In this document: positions 61,556-64,000 of the stretch, one piece after another | Numbering within the stretch: position 1 is the first letter of the stretch | How the letters are laid out: every line of letters begins with the position of its first letter | Source of the DNA: the human T2T-CHM13v2.0 reference genome, Homo sapiens | Assembly (NCBI RefSeq): GCF_009914755.1 | Contig: NC_060925.1 | DNA length: 64,000 bases | Direction: 5' to 3' (one strand) | Made by a program: the position numbers and the translations under genes | Notes under the pieces: generated by a model | The model's database searches: none | Told to the model about the DNA's origin: nothing | Seen by the model: the letters and a program-made list of their open reading frames with translations, nothing else

Positions 61556-62098
61556 CACTGTAGAATACGTGTTTCTATAATAATAATGGGGTAGCTCTGT
61601 TGTTTCTCCAAGCTGAGTTCTAGCACTAAGCAAAGAGTCCTTTATTTAGCAGACGTTTGATTGTTGTAGTGTTCATAGAGTCATGGGCTTATCGCTCGTT
61701 TTAACTTCTTGTCCTGCCATCTTGGAAAGATCTATCAGGAGACATAATCAGCCTATATTATGAAAAGAGACCTGGAAGTGAGTTCATGGAAGTCTAAATC
61801 AGTAATTTAGAGGATAGTGACACTCAATCAGTTTGTAGTTTGCAGTGCCCCTAATCTCATCCTAATGACCTACAGGAATTTTCAGTGAAATAAGATAGGA
61901 AATCAATTATCATTTACCCTCTTCCTGTGGTTTTGGGAGGCCACCCTCTACCTTCTTGCCTTTTTGTCTAAGCCTTTCTAATCAGCATTTACCTCCCACT
62001 TTGACTTCAAGGCTTTGGGAAAATACCAAGTAGCTCCTCTCCTGAAGTAAATTTTATGTAACCTATTCCCTTCATTGAGCACCACAGACTGACTCTCA

Positions 62099-63105
<1,007 letters not shown>

Positions 63106-63638
63106 ATTTTTTTTAAAAAACCACAGAGTTTAAAGTCAGACAGATTTATGGATTTGGAATCTCAGCTTTATACTTCCTGGCTATGTGAATTTAGGCAGGT
63201 CACTTAAGATCTCTGAGCCTTACTTTCAGCAATTCCCTTATAAAGTTGTCAGAACATTAAAGGTAAACCACATAGCACTTTGTTCTATAAATGGTACTTC
63301 TAAAAAGATACATCTTAGAAACAGATAATATAACTATTGATAGTCATTGCAAGCATTGCCAAAGAATTTACCTGTATATAAGCCTTGCTTAATGTAGGAA
63401 GGACTCTAGAAACTAAATCTTTCAACCTGTGAATGATAGAAACTAAGAATGCTCAGTTTATTTAATTGATTTAATTGATTTAGGTAAACTTTGTTTTAAC
63501 TACTAAGAAAGGCATCGGTCTGCCAGAAGGATAGGTTGGAATATTTAAAACAAAAAATTTGTCAGGACCATTTCAAGATTCATTCTTAAAAATATTATAT
63601 CTTTTATGGGGGAAAATAGTCTTATTTTATTCTACTAA

Positions 63639-63809
<171 letters not shown>

Positions 63810-64000
63810 TAGGTATTTAAATGTTCAATATTTAATGTAGCTTTTATGAGGATAGGTTAAAAGGAAATTAATTTTAAGCAACAGATGATTTGGGAATTGG
63901 AGTTTCTTCTATTATTATAGCATAAATTGCCATATACTGCCATATACTGTGGATTATGAGTCAAGCTATATGTCAAGATAAATATTCAGACTTCAACCAG

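Overview
Primate (human-like) intronic DNA that is mostly transposon-derived. The + strand carries the 5' part of the coiled-coil gene CCDC30. Exons 60963-61088 and 63660-63797 encode the N-terminus I recognise ([18 protein letters not shown]...[19 protein letters not shown]...). Four upstream GT-AG exons (7025-7178, 14519-14590, 21456-21571, 23176-23274) splice in one open frame onto it. The 5' end of the gene looks remodelled by retroelements. (i) An antisense Alu monomer forms a strong candidate exon (4823-4928) whose ATG gives an in-frame start, MLELQ|YHNED..., for a 155-aa N-terminal extension. (ii) Two apparent former coding exons (5016-5094, 59244-59344) each carry a stop plus a 1-nt frameshift. 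(iii) A 3'-truncated antisense L1PA keeps its antisense-promoter region and an open ORF0 homologue, with a phase-0 donor that could fuse in frame to CCDC30. The introns also hold an RPS3A processed pseudogene sharing TSDs with an L1MA fragment, an Alu-TMSB4X chimeric retrocopy with an intact thymosin beta-4 ORF, a tailless 5S rRNA fragment, a ~10.5-kb MER50-like ERV1 provirus with two nested MER9 solo LTRs, an LTR10-like LTR with a p53-like site, Tigger/MADE DNA transposons, about 40 Alu pieces and an AT-rich repeat. Repeat subfamily names are from recall, not from a database search. Splice models rest on sequence only, with no transcript evidence.
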